Source: an uncultured Methanolobus sp.
Lineage (GTDB): Archaea > Halobacteriota > Methanosarcinia > Methanosarcinales > Methanosarcinaceae
Assembly (NCBI GenBank): GCA_963675495.1
Contig: OY776215.1
Location: forward strand, 224,001-288,000
Length of the DNA: 64,000 nucleotides
Reading direction: 5' to 3'
Within the stretch, counting starts at the first letter, position 1; each line of letters opens with the position of its first letter. This document shows positions 19,401 to 28,296 of this stretch, piece by piece. The position numbers and the translations under genes are program-made. The notes beneath the pieces are model-generated. The model was not told where the DNA came from, ran no database searches, and worked only from the letters and a program-made list of their open reading frames with translations.

Positions 19401-20221
19401 TATCGCTAAGTATCCCATGCGTGACAGGTCCTTATGCTAGCATTAATTGCACGCTGACACTACTGAAGAGCAGAATTCGCAAGACACAAGTGCTAGGCGA
19501 CATATATGCACGTGTGGATGCTGAAGATAGTCGGTTTGATGACTACTTTGGAAGTCTCCAATCTATCGTCACCAGCTCCGCCCAAAACGATAGTGGATTG
19601 TTCGAAACCAACCTTCATGACGAGCGTTATTTGCCTTTTGAAGGAGCTGGGGTAATCAGTGAATGGCAATTAGAACTGCCTGCTGATGTGCGCCAGTTCG
19701 ACTATGATACAATTTCAGACGTAATCCTTCATTTGCGTTATACAGCTCGTGAAGGTGGTAGCTTGCTCCGAAACGGAGCGGTCGAGAACATTAAAACGAA
19801 GATCGAAGAAGCACATGCTGCTGGGTCAGTGCGGCTTTTCTCCATGCGACATGAGTTTCCTACCGAGTGGGCTGAGTTCAGGAGCATAGAGGCAGTAAGC
19901 TCGGATAAGCCCGCAGGATTAACAATCAACCTTAAGCCAGAACATTATCCATTCTGGAGCAAGGGATTTCTGGAAACTGCAACTATAAATGAGCTAATGT
20001 TGTTAAGTAAAACATCTTTGAATCCAGAAATCTCTGATAAGGTCACCGAAGAAGGTAAACTCGACGGGGAAGGGAAAATCTCATTGGATGGTAAATTGGG
20101 AGAATTGCGGACTGGTAAACTTAAGAACGCTGAGAACCTCTCTCCGACCGGTCCACTTACCTTATTTTTCAGTAGTAACTCAATGGAAGACATATTCTTA
20201 GTGTTGACATGGGGTAAATGA
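16466..20221 (+). CDS. Tc toxin subunit A, C-terminal part (pore-forming helices and TcB-binding domain)
   Basis: GAYSIYNWELFFHVP, QRFAEAQRWFH..FDPT, YWDTVADRLFKIRNSLNIQG, and YLPFEGAGVISEWQLELP..FDYDTISDVILHLRYTAREGG. AGGAGG RBS, and the start is 1 nt after the upstream stop. Confidence 0.93.
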   Translation: MSNEIKGTKHFHGHSDTETVSKTGHFVETNEMNHFIIQEREVSYRFDPHFHPYVGQLMQRLLQKSTAGLQAADTEYNNASLPGSVEVELGKNTSVSIPAGSIIALFADLQATLPGDVPIALSTNMQFKVTNTAQVAVPDDLSVKLIDGMTETPIAGTSFNLSQNMSAIVGIGIKITFEVATQITLHNGTQATIAEGTQVLLLRDTQFTIPNSTQVTLLRSQLRPVLYADIFSPTRYDPTSLVQRPYPVKDLDFTFGGAYSIYNWELFFHVPITIAIHLSKNQRFAEAQRWFHLLFDPTDDSDGPTPERFWKVYPFQHTDVKKIEELLVNLTTDADPTLRNETIRSIEAWKNAPFRPHVIASYRQQAYMYKTVMAYLDNLISWGDSLFRQDTGEAIDEAMMVYVLAANILGPRPMSVPKKGSVRPQTYANLRSDLDKFGNAMRDIEADVPFDLMPFPTEETDDNDRMTTIHSLGKALYFCVPRNDKMLAYWDTVADRLFKIRNSLNIQGTFRQLALFEPPIDPALLARAAASGLDVGSIINGLNQPLPLVRFQLLVQKAAEICQEVKSLGNNLLSVMEKGDGEALAILRAKHERVVMEMVEQVRYGQLQETTKSKEGLFKSLALAVQRYTYYEQQLGRKIDEIEKSIPELGEFDKDSLEKMKFSMEEPEMELREIEVDIAQDLGNEGDGRKLNAQETEEIKEIEKSRGDQEAAAGIDKIGATLALIPDFTFNFQPFGAGSSIGSYGGGKLFNASSLISSFWRSDADEHIYKAGKSARIGTYTRREQDWSFQSNLAAGEISQIFKQLRAAQIREAIAELELKNHRQQMKHAEEIERFLNEEGTESKGKQTNKAMYAWMKREVKGLYAQCFQLSFDIAKKAERALQHELGNPELSYLEFGYLAGKEGLLAGDKLYFDIKRMEMAYHDLNQREYELTKHVSLLQVDPLALLQLRSTGRCTVKLPEELFDMDCPGHYFRRIKTVSLSIPCVTGPYASINCTLTLLKSRIRKTQVLGDIYARVDAEDSRFDDYFGSLQSIVTSSAQNDSGLFETNLHDERYLPFEGAGVISEWQLELPADVRQFDYDTISDVILHLRYTAREGGSLLRNGAVENIKTKIEEAHAAGSVRLFSMRHEFPTEWAEFRSIEAVSSDKPAGLTINLKPEHYPFWSKGFLETATINELMLLSKTSLNPEISDKVTEEGKLDGEGKISLDGKLGELRTGKLKNAENLSPTGPLTLFFSSNSMEDIFLVLTWGK
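16718..17125 (+). repeat. Protein-level tandem repeat: 17 in-register octapeptides
   Basis: VEVELGKN TSVSIPAG SIIALFAD LQATLPGD VPIALSTN MQFKVTNT AQVAVPDD LSVKLIDG MTETPIAG TSFNLSQN MSAIVGIG IKITFEVA TQITLHNG TQATIAEG TQVLLLRD TQFTIPNS TQVTLLRS; 408 nt = 17 x 24. Confidence 0.75.
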
Positions 20222-20636
20222 TAGTAAGGTGATAGATGAAAAAGCAGTCGTTATAACAAGAAAAAGTATGTCATTCGGACCTCACTTTTTTTAGGTTTAC
20301 GCTTTTACGGGCTCTGTAGAAAGCCTATCTAGATTACAATCAATAGGCTATATTTGGGGTTATATTCTATGATTAAGCAAGATATACTCCTATTTTTTTA
20401 CTAGAATAAAAAAACTAAATATTAGTAATAGACGCTTGCAAAATTAATTTCTTTAAGTGAGCGCAGATAACCTTGTAAGATTATCTCCAGAAAAAACCTA
20501 ATCTCCAGTTTATTCTACATTTATGATAGAGAATCGCGTTCCACAAAAACAGACACATTCTATTTTATTTATAATTTTAAATAATATACTCAATTATGCT
20601 TATTGCCATAAACATCATGTTAAAAATAGGGTTAGC

Positions 20637-22316
20637 ATGAAATTAATATGGGGTTTAATTTTATTTCTGATGGTTATCGCTGTTATTTTTTCAGGTTGTA
20701 GTAACACTTCGGATTATGATGAGCAATACACAGTTGAGATAATCGCAGATGGGGCAAGTGTTCGCAATGCAAATGGTATATTATTTGATAGCAATGACCA
20801 GTTATATGTGACCAGCGTTTACGGTGGAGAAATCGTTATTCTTGATCCAGAAACCGGTGAGATTACAGAGAGATTGGGAATCGAGAGCGGAGTCAAATGT
20901 CCGGATGATCTTATCTTCGGACCGGATGGTTCCCTTTACTTCACTAACCTTGTTGTGGGAGAAGTTGGACATCTGTCCATGGATGAAGTATCTTCAAATC
21001 AGTCTGTTGCACCCGGAGTCAATTCCATCACCATGTCCGATGATGGCCGTCTCTTTGTAGGATTGGTCTTCATGGGTGACGGGTTATATGAGCTAGACCC
21101 GAACCTCACGACAGAGCCAAGGCTAATACTTTCCGAACCTGGCTGGTTGAATGCTATGGATTGGGGACCTGATGAATATCTGTATGGTCCAATCTGGACC
21201 AAAGGAGAGGTTGTGCGTGTTGATGTTGATTCGGCTGAGGTCACAACTGTTGCGGATGGCTTTTCTATTCCGGTCTGTGTCAAATTTGATTCTTCTGGAA
21301 ACCTTTACGTAGCAGATTACGATAAAGGAGAGATTTCACGTGTCGACATTATCAACAATACTAAAGAACTTCTAACTAGTGACAATCTTGAAAGGGTTGA
21401 CAGCATAGCCTTTGATTCCAGTGACAGGCTTTTCGCATCCGCAAAAGATGGAAGTATCATAGAGATAATGGCCGATGGAAGTACAAGGGAGGTACTGAAA
21501 GGAGGAATGATAGGACCTGGTGGTGTTGCTGTTCAGTCTGACTCCGATTCAGGTCGTGATTCCGTATTTATTGCCGACCTCGCTTATCTGCGTGAGCTGG
21601 ACGGGCAGACCGGCCAGGAGATACATGTTGACAGACACATCATGGGAGATATCAGCAAGTATAATGGAACCGAATACGGTGGTATTACCTCTCCTATGAC
21701 GGTTTCAACGGACGGAGACAAACTTATAGTTTCTTCATGGGTCTACGACATTGTTCAGGTCTGGGATCCTGTTGAGAACAAACTTGTAAAAGAGTACCTG
21801 GACTTTGCAGTGCCTACGAATGCAATACGGTTCCAGGGAGATCTAATTGTTGCAGAACTTGGAATGGAAGAAGGTGCAGCACGTCTTGTAAAAGTGAATG
21901 ATACAGACCGTGCAACACTTGCTTCCGGGTTTGCAGTACCTGTGGGAATGGCAGCAACAGAGAATGATCTCTGGGTAAGTGACTGGTATCTAGGTATGGT
22001 AATGCAAGTAGTAAAAGATGGTGAAGTGCTTGCCGAACCAATGCCTATTGCAACTGATCTGTCTTTCCCGGAAGGTCTTGCTGTAGACCTGGATGGAAAC
22101 CTACTGGTTGTTGAGACAGGTACTGGAAGCCTTTTGAAGATAAATCTTGAGACAGGAGATATCAGCACTATAGCCGATGATCTGGAAGTAGGTACAGAGA
22201 CAATTCCTGGTATGACACCTAATTACATATTCAATGGTGTAGCTGTGAGTCCCTCGGGTAGCATCTATGTGACAGGTGATAGGTTAAATGTCCTTTACCG
22301 CATTCAGCCCAGTTAA
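20637..22316 (+). CDS. Lipoprotein with SMP-30/gluconolactonase/Vgb-like tandem beta-propellers
   Basis: Likely start MKLIWGLILFLMVIAVIFSGC (lipobox). Repeated blades such as ANGILFDSNDQLYVT, PDDLIFGPDGSLYFT and PEGLAVDLDGNLLVVE. Confidence 0.8.
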   Translation: MKLIWGLILFLMVIAVIFSGCSNTSDYDEQYTVEIIADGASVRNANGILFDSNDQLYVTSVYGGEIVILDPETGEITERLGIESGVKCPDDLIFGPDGSLYFTNLVVGEVGHLSMDEVSSNQSVAPGVNSITMSDDGRLFVGLVFMGDGLYELDPNLTTEPRLILSEPGWLNAMDWGPDEYLYGPIWTKGEVVRVDVDSAEVTTVADGFSIPVCVKFDSSGNLYVADYDKGEISRVDIINNTKELLTSDNLERVDSIAFDSSDRLFASAKDGSIIEIMADGSTREVLKGGMIGPGGVAVQSDSDSGRDSVFIADLAYLRELDGQTGQEIHVDRHIMGDISKYNGTEYGGITSPMTVSTDGDKLIVSSWVYDIVQVWDPVENKLVKEYLDFAVPTNAIRFQGDLIVAELGMEEGAARLVKVNDTDRATLASGFAVPVGMAATENDLWVSDWYLGMVMQVVKDGEVLAEPMPIATDLSFPEGLAVDLDGNLLVVETGTGSLLKINLETGDISTIADDLEVGTETIPGMTPNYIFNGVAVSPSGSIYVTGDRLNVLYRIQPS

Positions 22317-22377
22317 TCGTCAATCAGATGAAGCTGATAATACATAAACACTGGATAATTTCAATGTTATGGATTTC

Positions 22378-22427
22378 AATCTCTACGTCTGCTTGAGTGT
22401 AGCTGACGTGGAGATTTCCTGTTTTTG
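22378..22427 (+). terminator. Hairpin followed by a T-run downstream of the beta-propeller gene
   Basis: aatctctacgtc...gacgtggagatt stem followed by cctgttttt. Confidence 0.45.
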
Positions 22428-23419
22428 ATAAAATATAGTATCATTTCTTTGAAGCAAAGGATATATTTTCATTTTGACTAAAAGTGATGTTTTCTACAGA
22501 AGTAAAATTAGTACCCAATTTCAGTATTTGCCTACTTTCTTCCTACTTCTATTTAGCTATCTCAAATATTCCGTCACTAACTGAATTCTTAACTTTCTTC
22601 TAAGCCATTCTTCAACAAGCAGATACATCTATCAGACTTTGTTCTACTCTTCATCTTCTATTCTTTTATGAAAACAGACTGGGATTCCATACAACTGGCA
22701 TTCGTTTTCTATCTACTCCTATAAAGTCAATCGAGGGTAATTAGGCCAGCAGAGTACAGACCAAATCTCTTACACTTGTCAAGAATCCTGTTTAGGAACT
22801 GGCAACATGGAGCATAACGGCAGCCGAGGAAGAAAAGGGAGCGGTGCTTAGTATTCATCAATTCAAAATCATCTTATCTGGCGATCATATGACAGGCAAC
22901 AAAAACCATTTTTCTAACTGGAGGGATATTTCATAAGTTAGCAATTATGTTAAGGTATGGTAGAATGTTACGCAATGCTGCAGTAAATAACCCCTTTAAC
23001 GTATTCGCTTTTTAGCCTGGTTGTTTGCAGCATGCCGAAAATTATTGAGAACGAAAAACTCACATACGTTAAAACCTTAATAGTCTTTTTCTTATGGCTT
23101 CGAGATATGCCGGTTTTAATTTAAATCTTATTTTATAGTCATAACGTATAGCATTTTTTAGAAATACATAGACCTTAAGACCATAAAATCAAAACTTACA
23201 GACGTTAAAGGCTTTTTTAATTAATAAAACCTTGTAAATCTGTTTTTTTGTAGATTAAAGCATTGAAACGCTTTATTTCAAAAAGTACTTATAGTATTAT
23301 GAACTAATTTACCATGTTTATTCAAATTCAAAAAAATCAAATGTTTAGTTTCCACTGAATGCGATTTCAACGTGGGGAACTAAGCATTTGAGCACAAAAA
23401 ACTCACATAGCTCGAAGGT

Positions 23420-23563
23420 ATGATCATGAAGATATCCTCCCATCCCCTTATCCTGCAACTTGCAGCAATTGATTATGAGATACTCCCTTTCTTCTCTCCA
23501 ACAGAAAGAGCGGTCATAGAAACATGTAAAGAAATAGTTGAAAAACAGAATGGTGCAAAATGA
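23420..23563 (+). CDS. Small hypothetical ORF (47 aa), mobile-element type
   Basis: GAAGGT RBS, then MIMKISSHPLILQLAAIDYEILPFFSPTERAVIETCKEIVEKQNGAK*. The stop overlaps the next ATG (ATGA). Confidence 0.35.
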   Translation: MIMKISSHPLILQLAAIDYEILPFFSPTERAVIETCKEIVEKQNGAK

Positions 23564-24320
23564 AGGGAATAGAATGCCTTATACTAGAAGATATGTATAG
23601 AGCTCATATTCCTACATTCTCAATTTAACTCAAATACCCGTGCTCTTTTTTTATAGTCCATTGTCAGTCGGAAGTTTTTTCCATTTTTGACCCTCTTATT
23701 GATTAGCAGACCTTTTTTCCATCGACTTTCATATGATTCTAGCCTTTTTAAAAGATTCGAACTCAGTCTGTACTTTATTTTAGTTATCCCTTATTGTCCT
23801 TTTTTCTGGGTATTTCTCTTTTAAGGACAAGATATCCACTTTTTCTTCTCTTTGCTCTTTCATACCCGTGTGAATACCGATGAAGTATTTTATAGACTTA
23901 ACTGCTACTTACTTTGCTTTTCCTATTTGAATTCTGGTTGACAAACTTTGTAATCTCTTCAAGGATCATGTATTTATTGCCATTTTCTCTCATAGTTTGA
24001 AATAACAATAATTTCGCAGCTCCTAAAATGCCTCGATAATAACAATATTTACATAAAGGATGTTATGGATATTCTTTATCATACCCGCATGATGGACATT
24101 TGTTTTGCATATTATGAAGGCATCTGATAATTTTTTACTCCTTAGCGTTCTGGCAACGAAGGCTTTCCAATTGCTATACAATTGGACAGCTGAAGTGGGA
24201 ATGAAAGCGCTTCGCTTGAATGGGCGGAGAGGTAGTATACATACAGAATTAATTATTTCATACAGAGATATATCCATCAATGCCTGAAGCTAGTTGAACT
24301 TGGTTGAAGCATATATAGAT

Positions 24321-25535
24321 TTATTTTTCTCCAAGGGAACTCCCCATTTTCTCAGCAATCATTGCCTGGGTTGATGGATCGGACAGTAGAAGACCCAAAG
24401 CGTCGGGAATCTGCTCGCTTGCTTTTTCCATTTCCCGAGCCATCTGCTGGTCTAGGACAAGAGAACACTGACTACAGAATCGATCATCCGGTCGAAGCAC
24501 ATTACTGCATCTGGGACACTGCTTTAACGTAATATGACGCTTGTCTTCTGTCTTAATGCCATACTTCTCATAGATACGATCATTCATTTCTTTATCAGTA
24601 AAGTTAGCATAGACCTTGAACATCCTTGTGGAACCTTTTGACCATCCAGCACGATGTTTTATCTCCTGCTCATTGAGGTCATCATATATCCAGTGAGTAA
24701 TTGCCATGTGACGGAAACTATGAGGATTCACACGCTTTTTGATACCCGCTTTCTTTCCAACATTCTGAATTGTAACTCGAAGGCTTTTATAGCTCATAGG
24801 CTCATGCTTTTTATTCAAAGTAACCCATAAAGGAGCTTCAGGATCATCTTTAAAGGGATGCACGGCTATCCACTGGTTAAGAAAACCTGTTGACCATGTC
24901 AGAGGGATCCCTTTTGCCGGAGTTGTTTTGTTTGCCATACCGGTCTTGGATAAATAGACCATGGAGCCGTATTGTGTAAACTCAACATGTTTTATCCTGC
25001 AGGAAGCAAGAGCTCCAATTCGCATTCCACCATCTGCAAGTACAGCAATCAGTGCTTTGTCCCTTGGATGTCTGCAAGCCTCCATTAACTTATCAAATTC
25101 TTCCTTTGTCAGGAGGTCTGATGGCTGGACAGGTGTATCTAGGGTCTTCAGTTTAAGCTTCTGCACCCATTTAGGTGGTTCATCATCAGACATGACCCTG
25201 AAGAACTTCTTTGTCACTTTCTTATAGGTCCGCAGTCCTGTTTCCTTAAGTTCACGTTCAACCTGAAGATTCAACATAAGCTTATTGAAATCATCTTCTT
25301 CTATATCCGTGAGAATTGTATCAACACCCATTTCATGCAACCTTTGTGCCAGACGGGTGATATAGTTCAGGTATCCTACAATTGTCCCCATTGCAAGACC
25401 TTCGATCTGGACTTTTGTGATGAATTTCTCTATAACATTCTTATTTTCATCTGAAATTTCAGAATTTTTGAGTCGTTTCATTCCCTGGATGAAACCAGTA
25501 TTGAACGAATGCACGTCATCTACATTACTTGTCAT
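24321..25535 (-). CDS. Tyrosine recombinase/integrase with C-terminal zinc ribbon
   Basis: RDKALIAVLADGGMRIGAL (R), PHSFRH (HxxR), RAGW, catalytic Y in FKVYA, and CPRC...CSQC. This architecture is typical of Methanosarcinales integrases. Confidence 0.93.
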   Translation of the reverse strand: MTSNVDDVHSFNTGFIQGMKRLKNSEISDENKNVIEKFITKVQIEGLAMGTIVGYLNYITRLAQRLHEMGVDTILTDIEEDDFNKLMLNLQVERELKETGLRTYKKVTKKFFRVMSDDEPPKWVQKLKLKTLDTPVQPSDLLTKEEFDKLMEACRHPRDKALIAVLADGGMRIGALASCRIKHVEFTQYGSMVYLSKTGMANKTTPAKGIPLTWSTGFLNQWIAVHPFKDDPEAPLWVTLNKKHEPMSYKSLRVTIQNVGKKAGIKKRVNPHSFRHMAITHWIYDDLNEQEIKHRAGWSKGSTRMFKVYANFTDKEMNDRIYEKYGIKTEDKRHITLKQCPRCSNVLRPDDRFCSQCSLVLDQQMAREMEKASEQIPDALGLLLSDPSTQAMIAEKMGSSLGEK

Positions 25536-25580
25536 AGTATGTAGTATGCAAGATAGGACTATAAAGTTTTCTTTGATAGC

Positions 25581-25596
25581 CCGTGCCGGGCTACCA
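25581..25596 (+). mobile_element. Putative attR: duplicated tRNA 3' end (tRNA-Gln-like)
   Basis: CCGTG-CCGGGCT-A-CCA reads as T-stem 3' strand, acceptor 3' strand, discriminator and CCA. It is GC-rich in AT-rich DNA and lies 45 bp upstream of the integrase start. Confidence 0.65.
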
Positions 25597-25681
25597 AAAT
25601 ATTTTACAAGTCACATTTATACAGTGCTTTTTTTGTACATTAAATAAGATTTGAATACTTATATTGTAAACTTGTACTATT

Positions 25682-26683
25682 TTATAATACTTCTTCAGAC
25701 AACTCAAATTCCGCAACAACTGGCGCATGGTCAGATTCCGGGAACTTCCTTTCTGTTGAAATGGCAAGCGATTCATCATGTAATAACTCGTTGTGCACTT
25801 CAGAATTCCTATAATGTGCCATCATAGCCCTGGAAATTAGAAGATGATCTAACATTTTTCCTTTGCCCCTATGGTAAAGTGAAAAACGAGATGATTCTGG
25901 AATACTCAGCTCACAAGGCATCATGACACGATTGGCCAGTTTGCTATTACCTATCTCTTCAACCTCACCCCGGATGGCTTCCAAAGGTACTTCGTCAAGA
26001 TCTGCATTGAAATCTCCACACACTACGATCCATGAATCTTCATCCTCATCGAATAGTCTATCTACCAGCATTCGGGTTTCAAGAGCCTGACCCACCCTCT
26101 TCGTTGAAGAAATGAAAAAACCCTCTGCCCAACCAGAAGCGGTCTTCCATGTGTAGTTGTTGAGTTTTTGTCCTTCTATGTTGGATGGTATTCGTGATTT
26201 CAAGTGAAGGTTGATAACTTCTAATATCTTATCATCAATTTTTATCCTGGCATGAAGTATTGGTCGCTCCCAGGTAACTTTTTTAGCTTCTTTTTCTTCT
26301 TTATTCGTTTTTGCTGTTACTTGCAGATAATATGGGGCTGGTGCATAATCATGTTTATACTGATGATATTCCAGAATATCATAGCGGCTTAAAATGACCA
26401 GATTACGTTCATCGTATGCTTGTCCGCCGTTCTCAGTTTTTGTATGCGCTATTTGATATTCAGCATATTGTGTGCCTTCAATAAGTTCCTGTAGAGCCAG
26501 CAGCTGCCGAGGCAGCCCATCTTGCTCCTGTCCATTGATCTCTTGTAAACAAAGGATATCTGCGTCTATCCTGTGTAATTGAGGCCGTATCAAAGCTATG
26601 CGCTCTTCCAATGTTGGCTTTTTCTTTTCTTTATCGTCAAGGTTTTCCAAATTGAATGTTGCTATTCGTAGTTTGGTTGACAT
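25682..26683 (-). CDS. Endonuclease/exonuclease/phosphatase family protein
   Basis: RIATFNLENL, DILCLQEI, NLHLKS, VCGDFNAD, LDHLLIS, SDHAPVVAEF. Confidence 0.92.
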   Translation of the reverse strand: MSTKLRIATFNLENLDDKEKKKPTLEERIALIRPQLHRIDADILCLQEINGQEQDGLPRQLLALQELIEGTQYAEYQIAHTKTENGGQAYDERNLVILSRYDILEYHQYKHDYAPAPYYLQVTAKTNKEEKEAKKVTWERPILHARIKIDDKILEVINLHLKSRIPSNIEGQKLNNYTWKTASGWAEGFFISSTKRVGQALETRMLVDRLFDEDEDSWIVVCGDFNADLDEVPLEAIRGEVEEIGNSKLANRVMMPCELSIPESSRFSLYHRGKGKMLDHLLISRAMMAHYRNSEVHNELLHDESLAISTERKFPESDHAPVVAEFELSEEVL

Positions 26684-27034
26684 GTTGTCTCCCTGTTTAA
26701 GGTCATTATCTTGGGGTGAAATAAGATTTTTGTAGAAACCTGGTTATCACTAATCAAAAAGAAGTGTTATCGCCCCACTATCCGCCCCATGATCACAGAT
26801 ATTTCTTGTGCTATTCCCTATAGCAATATACATTGTATATATTGTGTTATTTAAGCATTTGTCTAAATTATGGTATAAACTCGGTATTTTTTAGCTTAAG
26901 TCTAATTTTGACATTTTTAACTTTTGCTCAAATAGGATCTCTTCTCTTTTACCCAATTATTACACATTTAAATCTTAATTTGATTAAATAGGTTGACTAT
27001 TCCTGGTTAGATTCTCATGAAATGTAGTTAGTAT

Positions 27035-27754
27035 CTACAATTCTCTGAGAAGGCGAAAACCGTTGAAGCCGTAACGATTGCCAGGACTGTTGCCGCTTCG
27101 AAGTGTCGACCGACAGAACCTTGCAAGGCTGCTCCAGCAACCTCCACGATCAACACGTAGGGAACTACTACCATCTTCCCAGGCATTACCATCAATTGGT
27201 GCATTTTCATAGTTTGGATGCCACTTATCCTGACACCATTCCCATACATTGCCATGCATGTCGCACAATCCCCAGGGGTTAGGGTTTTTTTGTCCCACCT
27301 GATGAGGCATGGATCCCAAATACCATGCATACTCTCCCAAACAGGATTCATCGTCTCCAAAAGAATATTTTGTGGTTGTACCTGCCCTGCACGCAAACTC
27401 CCACTCAGCCTCAGATGGCAGGCGATACTTGTCAGTACCTTCCTTTGCATTCATCTTTTTTATAAACTCATGTACATCATTCCACGAAACCTGCTCTACT
27501 GGCATATCCTCGCCTTTAAAGCACGAAGGATTATCGCCCATTACCTCGGTCCATTCTTTTTGTGTTACAGGATATTTACTAAGGTAGAAGGGTTTTGAAA
27601 TTGTTACTTTATGAACTGGTTTTTCATCATCATATTGCTTTGAGCCCATCAAAAACTCTCCTGTAGAAATTCGCATGAATTCCATACCAATGGAGTTTGT
27701 TATTGAAATCAATGTTTTGTTCTTTTCAGCATTCTTTTGCTTCCCTGAACTCAT
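27035..27754 (-). CDS. Formylglycine-generating enzyme (FGE-sulfatase/C-type lectin fold) domain protein
   Basis: FLMGS..DEKPVHKV, YPVTQ, PVEQVSW, RLPSEAEWEFACRAG, NPWGLCDMHGNVWEWCQD, RGGCW, GFRL. The start is probably the second ATG (27754); the ORF track starts at 27790. Confidence 0.92.
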   Translation of the reverse strand: MSSGKQKNAEKNKTLISITNSIGMEFMRISTGEFLMGSKQYDDEKPVHKVTISKPFYLSKYPVTQKEWTEVMGDNPSCFKGEDMPVEQVSWNDVHEFIKKMNAKEGTDKYRLPSEAEWEFACRAGTTTKYSFGDDESCLGEYAWYLGSMPHQVGQKNPNPWGLCDMHGNVWEWCQDKWHPNYENAPIDGNAWEDGSSSLRVDRGGCWSSLARFCRSTLRSGNSPGNRYGFNGFRLLREL

Positions 27755-28296
27755 GTTCTCACTTCCCTCTAGCATTATATGTTGAATCATTTTTTCTTAC
27801 ATATGGGATTTGTAGTTAGAATCATTTTTTGATTATTTCCTTATTTTTAAACCACTACAACCTGTCGTACACACAAATCCCAAATTCATAGTGGCACCCT
27901 CAACTAAATTGCCATTATAATTTTTAATTAAATATTTCTCTTGCATTATTGTTAGTTTTTACGGCTCATTCTAATTCCTATAGCATCCTTTTTTAGCTTC
28001 CGTTTTTCAATTACTCTTTCTGTAGTCTTTCCAGCCTGATGAATCCTCTCTTAGCTCTTGTTGCATTCCTGTTCCTTCATATTCTTATGAATTAATGCAG
28101 TCATATTCTTGCTTATGGTTACGTAGATTTTCCATTTCATATACTATCTATGTCATGTTTTGATAAGTGTCGATAAATTCAATACATTAATGTATTTTAT
28201 ACTAGGTTTATTATTATGTTGAATAAAGGACACAATAAAGACATTATGACCAGTTCCATGAACGATTATAATATCCTGTAATTTGTCAGAGGTGAT

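Noticed and set aside
24023-24287. Overlapping short ORFs downstream of the integrase as an excisionase or regulator
   Set aside because: No HTH or other motif and no convincing RBS.
25560-25600. Complete tRNA gene
   Set aside because: Only the last 16 nt are tRNA-like; no T-loop, anticodon arm or D arm upstream.
26770-26790. CGCCCCA direct repeat upstream of the EEP gene
   Set aside because: Two 7-bp copies only; not enough support for a regulatory call.
27784-27882. GAATCATTTTTT direct repeat and TGGGATTTGT/ACAAATCCCA inverted repeat upstream of the FGE gene
   Set aside because: Short and in AT-rich DNA; not similar to the FGE 3' end, so not a DGR template, and no function can be supported.
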